A stretch of DNA of 64,000 nucleotides, filler included, from Diploschistes diacapsis (taxonomy: Eukaryota), in the NCBI GenBank assembly GCA_023645945.1. It is 14 parts of 14 records of this genome, joined end to end, with 100 filler letters (N's around TTAATTAATTAA, not from the genome) between each part and the next. Parts side by side here need not be neighbours in the genome. Positions count along the whole stretch, not along the records: positions 49,693 to 52,561 come from JALAIB010002059.1; positions 52,662 to 55,530 come from JALAIB010002060.1; positions 55,631 to 58,498 come from JALAIB010002061.1; positions 58,599 to 61,465 come from JALAIB010002062.1; positions 61,566 to 64,000 come from JALAIB010002210.1; 9 more parts are not named here. One strand, 5' to 3'. Every line of letters begins with the position of its first letter. Position 1 is the first letter of the stretch. The notes under the pieces are model-generated. The model was not told where the DNA came from, did not search any database, and saw nothing but the letters and a program-made list of their open reading frames with translations. This document shows, one piece after another, positions 49,593-62,230 of the stretch. The position numbers and the translations under genes were made by a program.

Positions 49593-52500
49593 NNNNNNNN
49601 NNNNNNNNNNNNNNNNNNNNNNNNNNNNNNNNNNNNTTAATTAATTAANNNNNNNNNNNNNNNNNNNNNNNNNNNNNNNNNNNNNNNNNNNNCCCCTTCC
49701 TTTACGGAGTTATAATCTGCAACTCTTTTTCTAGCTTCTGAGATTAGAATACAGCTGCACGTTCTTCGCTATGCTACAGTCAAAAAAGCCTCTCACCCTG
49801 GACCCTACAACGTGTTTCCCAGCGATAAAAAGATTTGGGGAATTGTCCGCAAGTTTGACAGTCCTCCGCGGGGGGGGGGGCTGGTCATAGCAACAGAAGC
49901 TCTCTCCGCATGATAAGCGATCGTGCATATGACATTGCGCAAGCTGCGCATGTTGCAGCCCAACCGTTACGAGCCTATGCCTTGAACAGTTGCCGTTTTG
50001 GGCGATACAATAAGGCAATCTGCAGTTGACATTACATTAGGCGCCAAGGTACGCCAATGCTCCCCATCGTTGTTCTCACTACTTCTGCGCGCCCCTTCCC
50101 AGAGAGAAAAAAAATAACTACTTTCAGTCGGTGGTAGAAAGGCTGAGCGTACCTCGTAACTCAAAGTCAAACCGGTGCCCCTCCTCCATGTTCCCTTGCG
50201 GTACGATTCATGCAGCCCAGGTACACACCTTTCTCTTGTCAACAAGCAGCACGACCCGCCACGACTCTGGATAGAACGAAGTCATGGCCAGCTTGTTCGT
50301 CGACCGATTTTACCACGCAGGGCCCGTGCTCGATTTGGTTGCTATACCCGGCTGTGTGAAACGAACTACGGGTGGAATAGACGAGATTCTTGCATCTGTC
50401 CAGCGATGATCGAGCGGGCCCTGGCGCTGTTGCTTCGAGCTCTCCGCACCTGCACCCGCAGCCCAGCCCTACGTGGTCATTTCTCGTTCTGCACCGTAAG
50501 CATGCCTGAGTCTGCCATCTGCAGCCCTCCAAGGCGAGGGAAAGGATCCTAGCGACAGGGCTCTGGAGATTTCGATGAGTGCAGACCGACGTACCGGCTC
50601 GGACACAAGTTTGGGCTCCGTGCGTCTGGCCCGTTTTCGTCTTTTCTCGCTTCCTTCGAAAAATGATGGCTCGATCTTCGGAGGCATACTCCAATATGCA
50701 GCTTGTCACGCATAGGATGTTTCTGGACAAGCTTCGAGGAGACAAGGTTTTTGCAAAGCTAAAAAATCGCCTATGAAGGTTGCGTCCGACCATGTTCTGA
50801 GTCGCATCCCTATCGATAAGCCCTGGATTCGGCACGACAACTTGGGATTGCTTCATCTGGCCGAGGCAGTCCACGACATAGCCGCAGAATGCAGAACGGT
50901 CGGGGCGCGTCCGGCGTCATGTCGATTTAAACCACGCTACATTGGAGCGATCTGACGAAATGCAGGCTGAGCAACAAATAAGCCTTACTCGAGTCGGATC
51001 TCCACTTTCTGCCTGAAGAAGAACCCTTCAATAGCGACCACGGGGCCTCGCATCTGAACACGCAGCCAGCTCAAGGAAGATGCGATGTAGGAGCATCGCC
51101 GAGGTTCAGAAAACTCCCGCTGCGTCAGCCGCTGTAGTCCATGATAAGTTCTATCTCGTTGCTCTTTTTTTGGTACGTGCGCTTATTGCTTCGCTCCGGC
51201 GGACTCCTTACAGTCACGTCGCGGCATTCGAGTTCATGTGTCGGGGCTCTCCACTTCTTGCCTCGTTGCTTCCAGTCCGTTGTACTATAGGCTTCTAGGC
51301 CAGCGCACCTCACGCCACCCGAGGGGGGCCGTCCTGCAGGTATGCTGGAAGGCTGCCAAAAAAGCGTTCCTCTGTCTTCAAGCCATGCTTTCATTTTCAA
51401 AGGATATCGAACACCCACTGCCAGACCGGTCTCTGCGCTCGGCTTCCGAGGAGGGGCTTGATCGTCAGACCGGTTCGCACTTCAGAGTATTATCGCAGAT
51501 GGCTTGCGGCTCCTGGCTTCTACTTCCACGCACAGGCAAAGGGCTGGTAAGCGAATCGTCCTGGAGCGGGGTTCAAGTTTCAACAGTGCTCTGGACGATG
51601 GACGCTCTGGTAATGCGAGTGCTTTACTTACATTGTTCCCGGCTCGACCCTGTTTGCTTTGCATATCTGTTACTTTGTTTTCTTCCTCTGGCTTGTGTCA
51701 TGCCTTGATCCGAAAGGTGAAAGCAACGAAAGCTAGGGAAGAGCTGGAAACAAGCTAAGAGAGACTGCCGATAGCTATGGTGCGAGCGGACAGACTACGC
51801 AGAACAACGGGGATGCTTCTGGTGTCTCTTCGTGCCTAAGCCTGAGGACATCCCTATGATCGTACAAAGGTACCTATCACGATACTATACAGTATGACTT
51901 GATCCATCAATCCGCGTCCGACCTCCATCTGTGGGAAGCGTTGACGTACCCGTAACCCGCTCCAGGCCTCTCTAATCACTTTCCCTTCCGTCCTCTCGCC
52001 AGCGGCTCCTCATTTTTCACGCTACTGCTCACTCTCCCAACATTCGCTGCGCCGTGCTTCCGCTCCTCCGCTCCTCCTCTGTTCTATGCCCTCGTGCGTC
52101 TCCTACGAAACGAGCCTGGTCATCCTTTTCTCTTCTTGCCCTCCATTCTAACGCAGTTCCCCTATTTGCAACGTCGTACTGCTGCCCAATTTTCCCAATG
52201 AAATACCGCCCTTCCTGTTTTCCTCACCGGATCTTGGATTCCTCCAGGAGCCTTGTAGTGAGTGACCTTCTTGCGCGCAGCTTGGCTCGCTGTCGCTACC
52301 GCCAAGCGGGCCCATTTCCTCTCTCTCTCTCTCTCTCTCTTTCATTCCACTTCTCAGTGTTGGTTCCGTGTCCGCCGACGCTCTCCCATCTCATTCCAGG
52401 TCGCTGTTCATCCAAGTACTACCTGCGGTGCCATGGACCTTGTCGCCGCTCCACCACCGTCTCACTCTTTCTACTTCCCTGCCCCCCCCCCCAAAAAAAG

Positions 52501-52661
52501 GGGGGGCGGTAGATGTTGGGGGCCGCCGCGACTTCTTGTGGGGATTTCCCCTAGGGAGGAGNNNNNNNNNNNNNNNNNNNNNNNNNNNNNNNNNNNNNNN
52601 NNNNNTTAATTAATTAANNNNNNNNNNNNNNNNNNNNNNNNNNNNNNNNNNNNNNNNNNNN

Positions 52662-52816
52662 ATTATAATGTTCGTGTCCGTGCTTTTATTATAATATAAT
52701 GTCCGTATTAGTGTCCGCATTTTAAAATTTTAGCTATAATGTCCGTATTAATGTCCGTGTTTTGAAAATTTTTGCTATAATGTCCGTGTTAGTGACCGTG
52801 GACGAAACGGCTAGCT
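52662..52816 (-). mobile_element. hAT-like element end with subterminal repeats
   Basis: Tandem TAATGTCCGT repeats ending CCGTGGACGAAACGGCTAGC; reverse complement matches 58290-58498. Confidence 0.55.
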
Positions 52817-53360
52817 TACTTATAAGAATATTAGGTCATGTAAAGGTCGTAATTACTTTAAATCGCAAAAATAGACCTCATACGAAGCAACCCGATAATC
52901 GAGAATAGATTTCTATTATCTAAATCATCTACGCGGACGATTATACACTGAATAGTAATTCTTAAAACCGAGATCAAGATACTTCGTACGGTAAATAAAG
53001 TATTTAATAAACGAAAAAGGATTAAAAAAACGCGCGTACGAATTGAAAGATTATTTAACGCATTAAAAACAATCGTATTACAGTCTTTAAAAATCGAAAT
53101 TCGTATAAAAAGGGTTAATATATCTAAAAATAAAAATCGTACGAAAGAGATCGGATTACGTATACGACGTTATAATAAATGTAATCAGTCCGGGTATAAT
53201 GCGCGAACTTACGAAATAAAATCTATAGCTTCTAAAAAAGATATTAATAATTAATATAATAAATTATCGTACGAATTGATTACGTAAATATAATTATAAC
53301 TCGTACGAATCGAAAAGGGTGTCCGCTCGCTATGAGTGTCCGCTCGCTATGCATACACGT
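52817..53360 (+). mobile_element. Fot1/pogo transposon 3' end, RIP-inactivated
   Basis: Degraded C-terminal zinc knuckle RRYNKCNQSGYNARTY; TIR with GTGTCCGCTCGCTATG twice, ending ACACGT-TA. Confidence 0.8.
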
Positions 53361-53415
53361 TAATATTTAATAAACGGATATGCTTAGCACACGGCCCAAT
53401 ATTCTAATATTATAA

Positions 53416-54716
53416 TTATATTGAACCAAAAACTTTTTGCACAGAAACATTGCTTTTACGATGGATAGCTACAAAGTAGCCTTCTTTTGATCCCTAAGGT
53501 GGCGTCAATTCCTTAGGACGAGAGGGACGTGTGTTTGACTTACATCACGAGATGCAACAGGTTTTTCTCGATACACTTTAACAAATAAGGACCTTAACTT
53601 CACTTCGAGCTCTTTATCCTCGGATCCCTGATAGAATTTACACACGAACGAACCTCCAACTCTTAAACAGTCAAAAACAAATTCCAGAGCGGCCAAACAT
53701 AGGTTCTGGAAGCATGAATTGCTTGGACGCTACTCTTCGGGATATGGATACTGACCATACTAGAAGATCTTATGTCAGCAGATTCACTTTGGATATTAGG
53801 GAAGGCCTTACCTTCCAATATGATCTCTGAAGCTGCTTCCACTGGTATTCACCATCCTATGACACTTGTTACTACTGCATCCCTAACAAAGACTGGATAT
53901 ATGTTTTCAATGAGCTGACATATCACTAAGCACCACATCGACATTTCCATGATCCCTAATTTCTAAGTTCAAGTTCTGATTTTGTTGCAGAGTTCTGTCC
54001 CGAGAAATTGATTTAAACTTCGCTTCGCGCATCTGGTTTGTTTGTGATTCATCCCACTTAGATGGAGCTGTACCATTTGGACTTGTCCCTCTGTGATTTC
54101 GAGCTGGATTCTGTTGTTGAAGCACCTCGCGCACCTTTTGTCGAAGACTTTCGGAAAGAAAGTCCCCTCTAATTGTTATTACTCCGTCAAGCGGCTGGGT
54201 AGGAATGATATCAATTCCTACTACATTTCCACCTGGGGTTGTCAGTTGGGCGGCCACCTGCGATGTTGTTACTAAGATCACTAATTCACTGCAAGTCCAG
54301 ACCATAAACCGTACTTGAGACCATGATCCTGGCGCACAACCCTGAAGCTGTTAAAAAATGATAGTTGCTGGGGCCGGAAAAACTACAAGATCCACGATAG
54401 TTTGGCCTTTGCGGAAAATTTTATGCTTTTGGTGTATCTGCTTTGTGTTAGATATGATGTTCGCGACCGGTTTTGAGACAATAGTAGCTAAGTGGTTTAC
54501 CTCCAGTAACTTAAATGCTGCCCGGCTCTTAAAACCCTGCATTTTGGCTTCTTGCGCAAATTTATCCCTTACTTGACGGGCTCGCCATCGATTTGGGGAA
54601 AATGATGCATAACGATTCGTTACGGTCTGCAAGGTAGACCTCGTCCCAAAGCCTGGAATTCTTACCAGATTGCCATAGGCTTTATATAGCATGAATCTCT
54701 TATAGTAACGTACCAT
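53416..54716 (-). CDS. MRM2: FtsJ/RrmJ-family rRNA 2'-O-methyltransferase, mitochondrial type
   Basis: KSRAAFKLLE, IVDLGCAPGSWSQ, GIDII, VDVVLSDM, GGSFVCKFYQG, KPVASRDGSKEGY; seven predicted introns including a 63-nt in-frame intron and the pair flanking a 4-nt microexon. Confidence 0.8.
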
Positions 54717-55044
54717 CAATATACCCTACTTATGATATTCGGCTTACAAATACCGATTATATACTGTATCATGCGTCGGTTGAGGTGGTCTGCTAAGGTT
54801 CTTAAGTGATGCTAAAAACCTAAATAAAATTAAGGTTTGAAAAAAAACTGAATAGGTTAATAGGGGTCACAGCCCTACATTTCTTTATTGATGGGTATTA
54901 TTCCTAAGCGAAGCGCAGGACTATATTGGCATATTAGTGTGTTTATTGGCGCAGAAAAAACCGTAGATAAGAAATTAACTCCGAAAAGTATCAGTCAAGG
55001 GTTTGATTGGTTAAACTGAACTGAACTATTACGTAGCATCTTTT

Positions 55045-55218
55045 TTTGCATTTACTGCTTTTTAAACTTACTGCTTTCGTATCTACTACTTTCGCACCTA
55101 TTTACTTTCGAAATTACTGCTTTCGACCTACTGCTTTCGAATCTACTGCTTTTAAACCTACTGCTTTCGCAGCTACTGCTTTCGCAGCTACTGCTTTCGA
55201 ACCTACTGCTTTTAAACC
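55045..55218. repeat. 15-bp tandem array (CTACTGCTTTCGAAC variants), probably the terminal region of a DNA transposon
   Basis: About 11 imperfect units read directly, followed by AT-rich degraded sequence. Confidence 0.75.
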
Positions 55219-55630
55219 AGGGCAATTCGGGAGCACCACCTGCTCCCCACCCCGGTCACATATAATATATCTACTAAGCTGTTTAGCTCATATCTAGTTT
55301 CCATAATAATTAATATATATTATATATATAAACCACACTGCGTTACAAGCGTGCCATCTCCGATGCATTTATATAAATCATAAAAAGTTAATTTCAAAAT
55401 AAACGCGGATTAAATCCGCCTAAATAACTATATAAGAGGCCAAGTTTCTATACAAAAATGCCGTAAAGATTAAAATTAATTAAATTAAGGCTTTAAAGCC
55501 CTCTACGCCCTAATATAACCCCCAAAAAGCNNNNNNNNNNNNNNNNNNNNNNNNNNNNNNNNNNNNNNNNNNNNTTAATTAATTAANNNNNNNNNNNNNN
55601 NNNNNNNNNNNNNNNNNNNNNNNNNNNNNN

Positions 55631-55793
55631 TAATACGCGAACTTACTAAATAAAATCTATAATTTTTAAAAAAATATTAATAATTAATATAATAAATTAT
55701 CGCACGAATTAATTGCGTAAATATAATTGCAACTCGTATGAATCGAGAAGGATGTCCGTTTGCTATGAATGTCCGCTCGCTATGCATATACGT
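55631..55793 (+). mobile_element. Second copy of the Fot1/pogo 3' end
   Basis: Matches 53197-53360 with mostly transitions; ends ACGT-TA. Confidence 0.8.
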
Positions 55794-56210
55794 TATCTAA
55801 GAACTGATTTTATAATTATTTTACTCCAAATTTCAGTAATCAAGGCTTACACCAAAAATGTTACACGGATTCTATTAACTTTTACAACGTACCGTAAGGC
55901 GCGAGATTGGCGAAACCATGGAAATTGTAAGAATGCAATCTTAATATAAAGTCATTTTTATGTTCAAGCTTGGTTTCGGTTTTATTGTTCCCATTTATAT
56001 ACGACTCACTGTTACCAACACCAAAATTTGAACACTTAGGATTTGATTTAAAGATCTTTAGAAAATCGGGACCTATAGTCGGTCAAAGTTCTACAGCAGG
56101 TCCTTAGACAGTATAATACATGCCACAGTTTTTGTTATTGGCGTCACGAATCTGCTAAGGCTTTCAATCATGCTAATACCAAGCCTAGCTACTTCTGTAA
56201 GATCAACGTT

Positions 56211-58053
56211 TTATTGAAGGGAGACTAGCGTTCGATGTAAATCTGCTTTGACGTTTTCGTACATCCTGGGGTAACCATATTTCTGAACCCAGTCCTCTGT
56301 AACCATGTCTAGCTGCTTGAGCGCTTCAATCGCCATTTGGATAGCCTCCGAGATTGTTCTCTTATGTATTCGTGGCAGCGAATTTGGTTGAGACAATTCT
56401 GGTAGTTGCGGGTCAAATGTGTTGTACGTTGGACTCAAGGGATCATTGAGTAATCCAAGCAAGACGCTAGCGACGTCCATGGCTTTCAGCAGGTCAAAAT
56501 AATTACATAATATGGATGTCCTTTGCGTCTGGTAGAGTAGCCAAAGATTTCGAGCGTAGCCAAGCGAGTATTGAAAAAGTAGCAATAGGCCATACGGACA
56601 AGAGACGCGCTCTCTCTTTAGTGGTTGCACGAGAAGAATGCTTAGATAGTACATCTCTGAAAGCACAAAATGTCTGTCGGACTCCGGTGTAGAGCATGCT
56701 AGCCCTTCGGCTGACTTTTCAAGAAGCTGCATGTCAGAACTCCGAGCTTGCCAAGGCTCGTGGAGGTTCTTCCGGTTCGAGCAGAAAAGCCGCTGGTAGA
56801 TGACGGATTGTGTGTGACGAGAATGCAGTATAAGCAAAGAGGTATGACTGTACGCTGTTGAGGCTCGTGGTAGAGCCCACTTTATTACACAGCCCACCGA
56901 TTCCGATGATATAGTTGGGAAGTCTACAGTGACTGAGTCGTCTGAAAACGACACTGAACGTACTAGAGAAAAGCTTATAAGCCTAAAGAAGTCAGTACGT
57001 TAATGACGACAAGTGGGCAAGATAGGTGAACCTGTCTAATGTATATGTACAGTGAAATAGCCGCTGCCGTAATTCTTGTTCAGCCGGCTTCCAGTTCTTT
57101 GCCGATCTTGTTAAGGACGAATTCTGATGTGCGCCAATATCGATCAGAAGCCTAGAAGCAACACTGATAAGGTACCAAGCATTAAAATGCGTTGGATCCT
57201 GCATGGAGTACACGACCAAGAGAAGGATTGCCTGAGCTGATGCAAGATTCCCAGGCTGCAACGCAAATTCTTGCTCCTCCAAGGCTTTACTTGCGTGGGC
57301 AACCCCATTATCATAATGCTTGTCACCTCTCATGCGGGATCGGCACAGAGAAGCAATTGCAATGACCATGTGAGTATTCCATCTATCAAAAGATGAGCCG
57401 AACACCCCTTGGTGCTGGTAGTAGGCGTCTAAGGAGCCAAACAATGCTGTTTCTGATAAAATCGGGTAGTAAGTAAAAACATTGTCGATACATTCCTGCG
57501 CCAGGACAGCGGCAGAGGTACGATCCGGCGATTCCAAGTCAATGGGTACAGGTAGTATATTGATACGTGCACTGGATAGCACGAGTCTTGCGAATGACAT
57601 TTCCTTTCCGAATCCATGGAAGCCACTGGTAGTTGCATTGATTGATCTAGCCAGGACATATCAGTGTATACGCAGCGCCAAGTCAGAGCTGTCTGCTTAC
57701 AAGCACCCAAAATTAGAGACAAGATCGTCTACATTAAATGTTTCGTTGGGGTATTCGTTCGCATTCTTCACAATAGGAGAATGCAAACCCTTGGACCCAT
57801 TGACCGTCTGGCTTCCGAGTCGACGTACCGCCAATTGTGCCTCAAGCTTCTCAATTCGTGATTCTAGCGAAGCTACATAGCTTCGTTCCTTCCCTTTAGC
57901 GAAGTGGTCGTTCGCATTAGAACACTCCGCCGCCCTTCCGGTTCGTTCGCAAGCGGAACAAGCAGGCAATTTACTATCACACCGAATTTTGGCGTTACGG
58001 CACCTTACACAAGCACTGACAGGGCGGGACACTTTCAGAAGTGGAGTATCCAT
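56211..58053 (-). CDS. Zn(II)2Cys6 transcription factor with fungal-specific TF domain
   Basis: ACVRCRNAKIRCDSKLPACSACERTGRAAEC, YVASLESRIEKLE, AWYLISVASRLLIDIGAH, RQRLFHCTYTLDR; two introns. Confidence 0.9.
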
Positions 58054-58289
58054 AGGCAGGGGCCCGAAGTAAGGGAAAAAAGTTCAGTTCCTGGATGGAA
58101 TTGAACAGACAAGAACAACTTACGACCACTGCCAGGACTCTCTAGTCATATATGATTGTCATATCGATAATTGCCTGACCACAAACGTAAATTTCTAGAA
58201 AATATATTAAGAACGACGAAATGGTAAAATAATATAAGGAGGCTAGTAATAGAAAGATATATCAAATATTGAAGGATATGATTTTAAAT

Positions 58290-58498
58290 AGGCTGGCCGT
58301 TTCGTGCCACGGACACTTATATTGATGCAGTTAAAATCTTCTCGACACGGATATTAACATCAATATTACTATATGATAAAATCACGAGGACGAACACTGC
58401 AATCGAACTATTTAAAACATAACACGGACAAGGATATCATAATTAAAACATTCTCGATACGAATATTAACCCCGCGATAAAAACACGGACATTAATAC
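58290..58498 (+). mobile_element. hAT-like element end (same family as 52662-52816)
   Basis: TAGGCTGGCCGTTTCGTGCCACGGACAC followed by ACACGGACA-like repeats. Confidence 0.55.
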
Positions 58499-59340
58499 NN
58501 NNNNNNNNNNNNNNNNNNNNNNNNNNNNNNNNNNNNNNNNNNTTAATTAATTAANNNNNNNNNNNNNNNNNNNNNNNNNNNNNNNNNNNNNNNNNNNNGA
58601 AGAGGGTTGTTGGTGTTGTGATGGATCAGGGGCGGTGCGGGAGCCGGGGGAGAGTGTTTGGGGGTGAGGTTTTTTGAGGGATAATGGGGAGAAGATTGCG
58701 TGCTGGTGGAGAGGAAGTGAGGACCCGAAGAGGTTCCGGTTTGTTCTCGAGGGCTCAATTCTATCGTATTGCCGTTCATGGGGCCAAATCGGAGATTTGG
58801 ATGGCCCTGACAGCCTCTTTTTGCGCATAAGTTTTCGATAAAAAGGGTAGTATTTGCGACTAACTGACGACCTTGCATAGCGCTCACGTATGCAGGAACC
58901 CGTTTCCCACTCTAGGAATCACGTATTGATGGTACAACTTATCATCAACATATTCGAGTGTCAGGCGAGTCAACTCTTGAGGTAAATCGAGGGCCAGCGG
59001 TGCCTCTAGCTCTCTTGAATTGGTACTTGGCTAAGATCAAGAGCAAGATGGTCAATTTCTGTCATGTCTCAACTGGAGTGGTGGATACCTTGATGGCATG
59101 ATAGCTTTACCAGAGAACATCATCACTTTTCCATGTATCGGAACAAGCAATCAACAAGTTAGAGCCGAGTCAAACATAGCATGCATTCTTTGTATTCTAA
59201 CAAGAGTGAACCCTAGTATCAAGAGTCCCGTTACCAAATCCCCTGAAAACCCAAAACATAGCCATGCTTTTATCCGTCAGTAAGTAAGTTGGCCTTCTGT
59301 GTGAAAAATGGGGGGTCCGCAGCTCATGCCACCCGCTGAC

Positions 59341-60423
59341 TTACCACCTCACGCTCTTAACGTGTTTCTTGAAGGATACCAGGTCGATACCTCGGGTAGA
59401 ATCGATTGCATCTCGAAACGATGTAGCCAAGTCCCGCAGTGCCACCTGGATGGGACAGTTGTAGCCTGTGCACGGGTGCCGGCCCCATTCGTCAAACTCT
59501 TCGAGAAGATACTCATTGGCAACATGGCAACGGTAAAGCTCCAGGGTCTCTAGCTTTGTTGGTGGTAAGTAGCCTAGCCATTGTTCGAGGAAAGAAGTGA
59601 GATCCCGAACACGCCTTGAGGCCTCGCACACAGTTTGCTGTATAGAGTCAGCGCCACACAGCTGACAAAGCTTGTTACCCCATGGACTTGCTCCATTGGA
59701 GCCAAACTCGCAGTCGCAACTATAGCAGTACCAACGAGGGGTATCGAAGACGGGTGACATCTCACCGACTTGCTGCAACGCATACTCGGTGGCCCGGCGT
59801 AAACGCGACAGTAGGTGCTGACGTTGTAGATGGATTTCTGCTTGTAGAAGCGCGCAACGAACCGTCCCCATGATTGCGAAGGAGTCGAAGCCCTTGATCA
59901 ATCGTTCGGTGGCCTTGCTGAACTGCAGGTCATTGGAGAGCGTAAAAGCAGCCTTGGCCAAGCTCACAAGGTCGGCTTCAGTATCGTCCTCAAAAGAATG
60001 ACTCGAGATCCAGGACTTGTATATGTCTTGGACCACGTGGAGGCATAGATACTGGTCAGCTAGGCCAACAATCTTCGCAACCTGTTCTGGTGTTGGGTCT
60101 AGAGCCTCAATCGTGGTTCTATAATGGAGCAGGCATAGAAGGGCTCCTAGAGCGAAGTCATCATCATCATGATGGCGAAGAGTGGCAGGAATCAACGCGG
60201 TCGGCTCGCGCCCATCTGCCACCCAGCGTGGCTTGAGAGCAGTTTTGAAGTAATTGGACGCCAGAGACATCACCTTTCCAGACGCTTTGAATCGTCGTAA
60301 CTTACCCTCAACCCAAACATCTCCTTCGTTGTCTAGGATCTCGGTAACAACGTTATGGTTGTCCTGCTCCGGCGTTGAAGGCCGTGACATAGCCTGTTCA
60401 AAGTTGTCAACGTTGTCAGCCAT
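59341..60423 (-). CDS. BTB/POZ domain protein
   Basis: ILDNEGDVWV..RFKASGKVMSLASNYFKTAL, DDDFALGALLCLLHY, LADQYLC; intronless 360-aa ORF. Confidence 0.85.
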   Translation of the reverse strand: MADNVDNFEQAMSRPSTPEQDNHNVVTEILDNEGDVWVEGKLRRFKASGKVMSLASNYFKTALKPRWVADGREPTALIPATLRHHDDDDFALGALLCLLHYRTTIEALDPTPEQVAKIVGLADQYLCLHVVQDIYKSWISSHSFEDDTEADLVSLAKAAFTLSNDLQFSKATERLIKGFDSFAIMGTVRCALLQAEIHLQRQHLLSRLRRATEYALQQVGEMSPVFDTPRWYCYSCDCEFGSNGASPWGNKLCQLCGADSIQQTVCEASRRVRDLTSFLEQWLGYLPPTKLETLELYRCHVANEYLLEEFDEWGRHPCTGYNCPIQVALRDLATSFRDAIDSTRGIDLVSFKKHVKSVRW

Positions 60424-61319
60424 TGCGAGAGTAATGACTCGTAAGGAAGGTACTTAGCGACGATGTATATGGAGTTAGTAGTATGACTTGCGACGAAGGC
60501 AGTACAAATGGCTTGTAATGGAGATATCAGTGGTGAACTTGTGATGAAGATAGTAGAGAGGCTTGCTCAGGATGAAGCTATTAGCAGGATCTCAGGAGCC
60601 CGTCAGAGATTATGTAGCAAAGCATATGGACAAAGGGCATCTAACCCGACATAGGAATCTGTTGAAATGTACACTCCGCTTTATCAGTGTGTTTAGCATG
60701 TTTTGCACAAACATGAATGACTGGAGTCAATGTGTAGTAGAGCAGTATCCATAGCTGCAGTGAAAGCGTATCTGCTCAACAATGCCTTTGTGAAGCACAA
60801 AGAAACTCAATTCCAACCAATCCATCCTCGTGTCTTGAGGGTAGAGACGTCGACTCGTGTTCTCAGAGGCATTGTTCGGAGTATAGAGTTCAGAGCCTTG
60901 ATACGGCTCTTTGTCAGTCTTCCCCATTGTTCTATGCCCGAGACCGAATATCAGAATCCCCATTTGGCGAAGCACAAATCGCATTCATGAAAAAAGCCCA
61001 AGCATACGTTTCAGCAGCGCACGGTAAAACGACAAAGGTAAACGGACGCGACTATCTGACGCGGAAGCCAGGCGCGTGTTGATCGTGTATGACCTGTAGC
61101 AAACGAAGCAAAGCAGCGAAAGCATCTATGAGCATGGCTCCGAGCGTCTCGGCGGCAATCCAGAGAGACCGATAATGAGGCTCAAGGACACGAGAAATTC
61201 GTCGGTGACGCTCGAAGTCGACACTGTGATATTGCAAAGCGCCAGTTTAGTACCGCTAGGCCACATAGCCAAAAGACCAACAATACTGGTTTGTGCCAGT
61301 ATTGAACTAAACTGATATA

Positions 61320-61465
61320 TAAACCACAACACAACGGAACACACCACAAAGCGGAACACAATCCCTGCACCCTCGTAAAGTGTATTTCTTAAAGGCCGAA
61401 GAACGGGGTAGTGTGGTTGAGAACAGATTTAGCTTCGTACAAATATGGAAGCGCTCGATCTAGCG
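61320..61465 (+). mobile_element. Relative of the 18436-18645 MITE (partial)
   Basis: acaccacaaagcgg..acaatccctgcacc.tcgtaaa.tgtatttcttaa...ttcgtacaaata...atctagcg shared with 18460-18584. Confidence 0.7.
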
Positions 61466-62230
61466 NNNNNNNNNNNNNNNNNNNNNNNNNNNNNNNNNNN
61501 NNNNNNNNNTTAATTAATTAANNNNNNNNNNNNNNNNNNNNNNNNNNNNNNNNNNNNNNNNNNNNATTTTGGAGGTCTCCGGGAAGGCCGGGGAGGGGGA
61601 GTGGGAGAAGGAGAAGGAGTGATGGATGGTAGTGCGATGTACCTTGCGTACAGAAGTTTGTTTGCATGGTGGTACTACCAACGATTCTTTTACGGTGGAA
61701 GAGGTAGGGAAGTTGGCTCGGGGCATTGAGGCTTTAGGCATGCTCTACACTTCATGGGTAAGTAAAGTGGAGTGTAGTGCGAAACGAGTGTTCTTTGGCT
61801 ATCTCATGGCATGGACGAATAGCACTGTCTGCTTGCTGCACGTTGTATGTATATATGTAAACTAAGGTGCCGGGAGTTTGGAAGATAACTATGAATCCGA
61901 ACCCAGGGACGGTGGAAATGTCTGAGCATTCATCCAAGCAGAGGATCAGATCGAAAACGTCAACAAGATTTTTGTGGTAAAGCTAGACCATGCTGTCTGG
62001 AATTAGTCGGGTACTGAACTGAACTATATTGGTTTACTTGCATATCAAGAAGGGGCTCCCTCAACCCCCCTATCTCATGCCAAGCCACAAGAGCTGCGCT
62101 AAGGGTTTGCAGGGATGACGCGCTCCGCGAGCCCGGCGCGTCTCTTAGACCTCTCTCTATCTGGCAAGTCATTTACCCGTAGCACTACTTTGCCAGTTCT
62201 CCTTTACTTCACAGAGCTATTCCGAACATC

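Noticed and set aside
52481..52508. C11-A7-G7 hairpin resembling a terminator
   Set aside because: Homopolymer-rich contig end in a eukaryote; probably low-quality or low-complexity sequence.
53883..53909. MRM2 stops rescued by A-to-I editing or readthrough
   Set aside because: Two stops would need rescue, and only one falls at a recalled Trp position; a canonical 63-nt intron removes both more simply.
55046..55297. 83-aa ORF with PTAF repeats, or a CRISPR-like array
   Set aside because: Simple translation of a 15-bp tandem repeat; no spacers and no cas genes.
61566..61730. Possible 3' end of a gene (...YRSLFAWWYYQRFF...)
   Set aside because: Too short and truncated to assign a frame or product.
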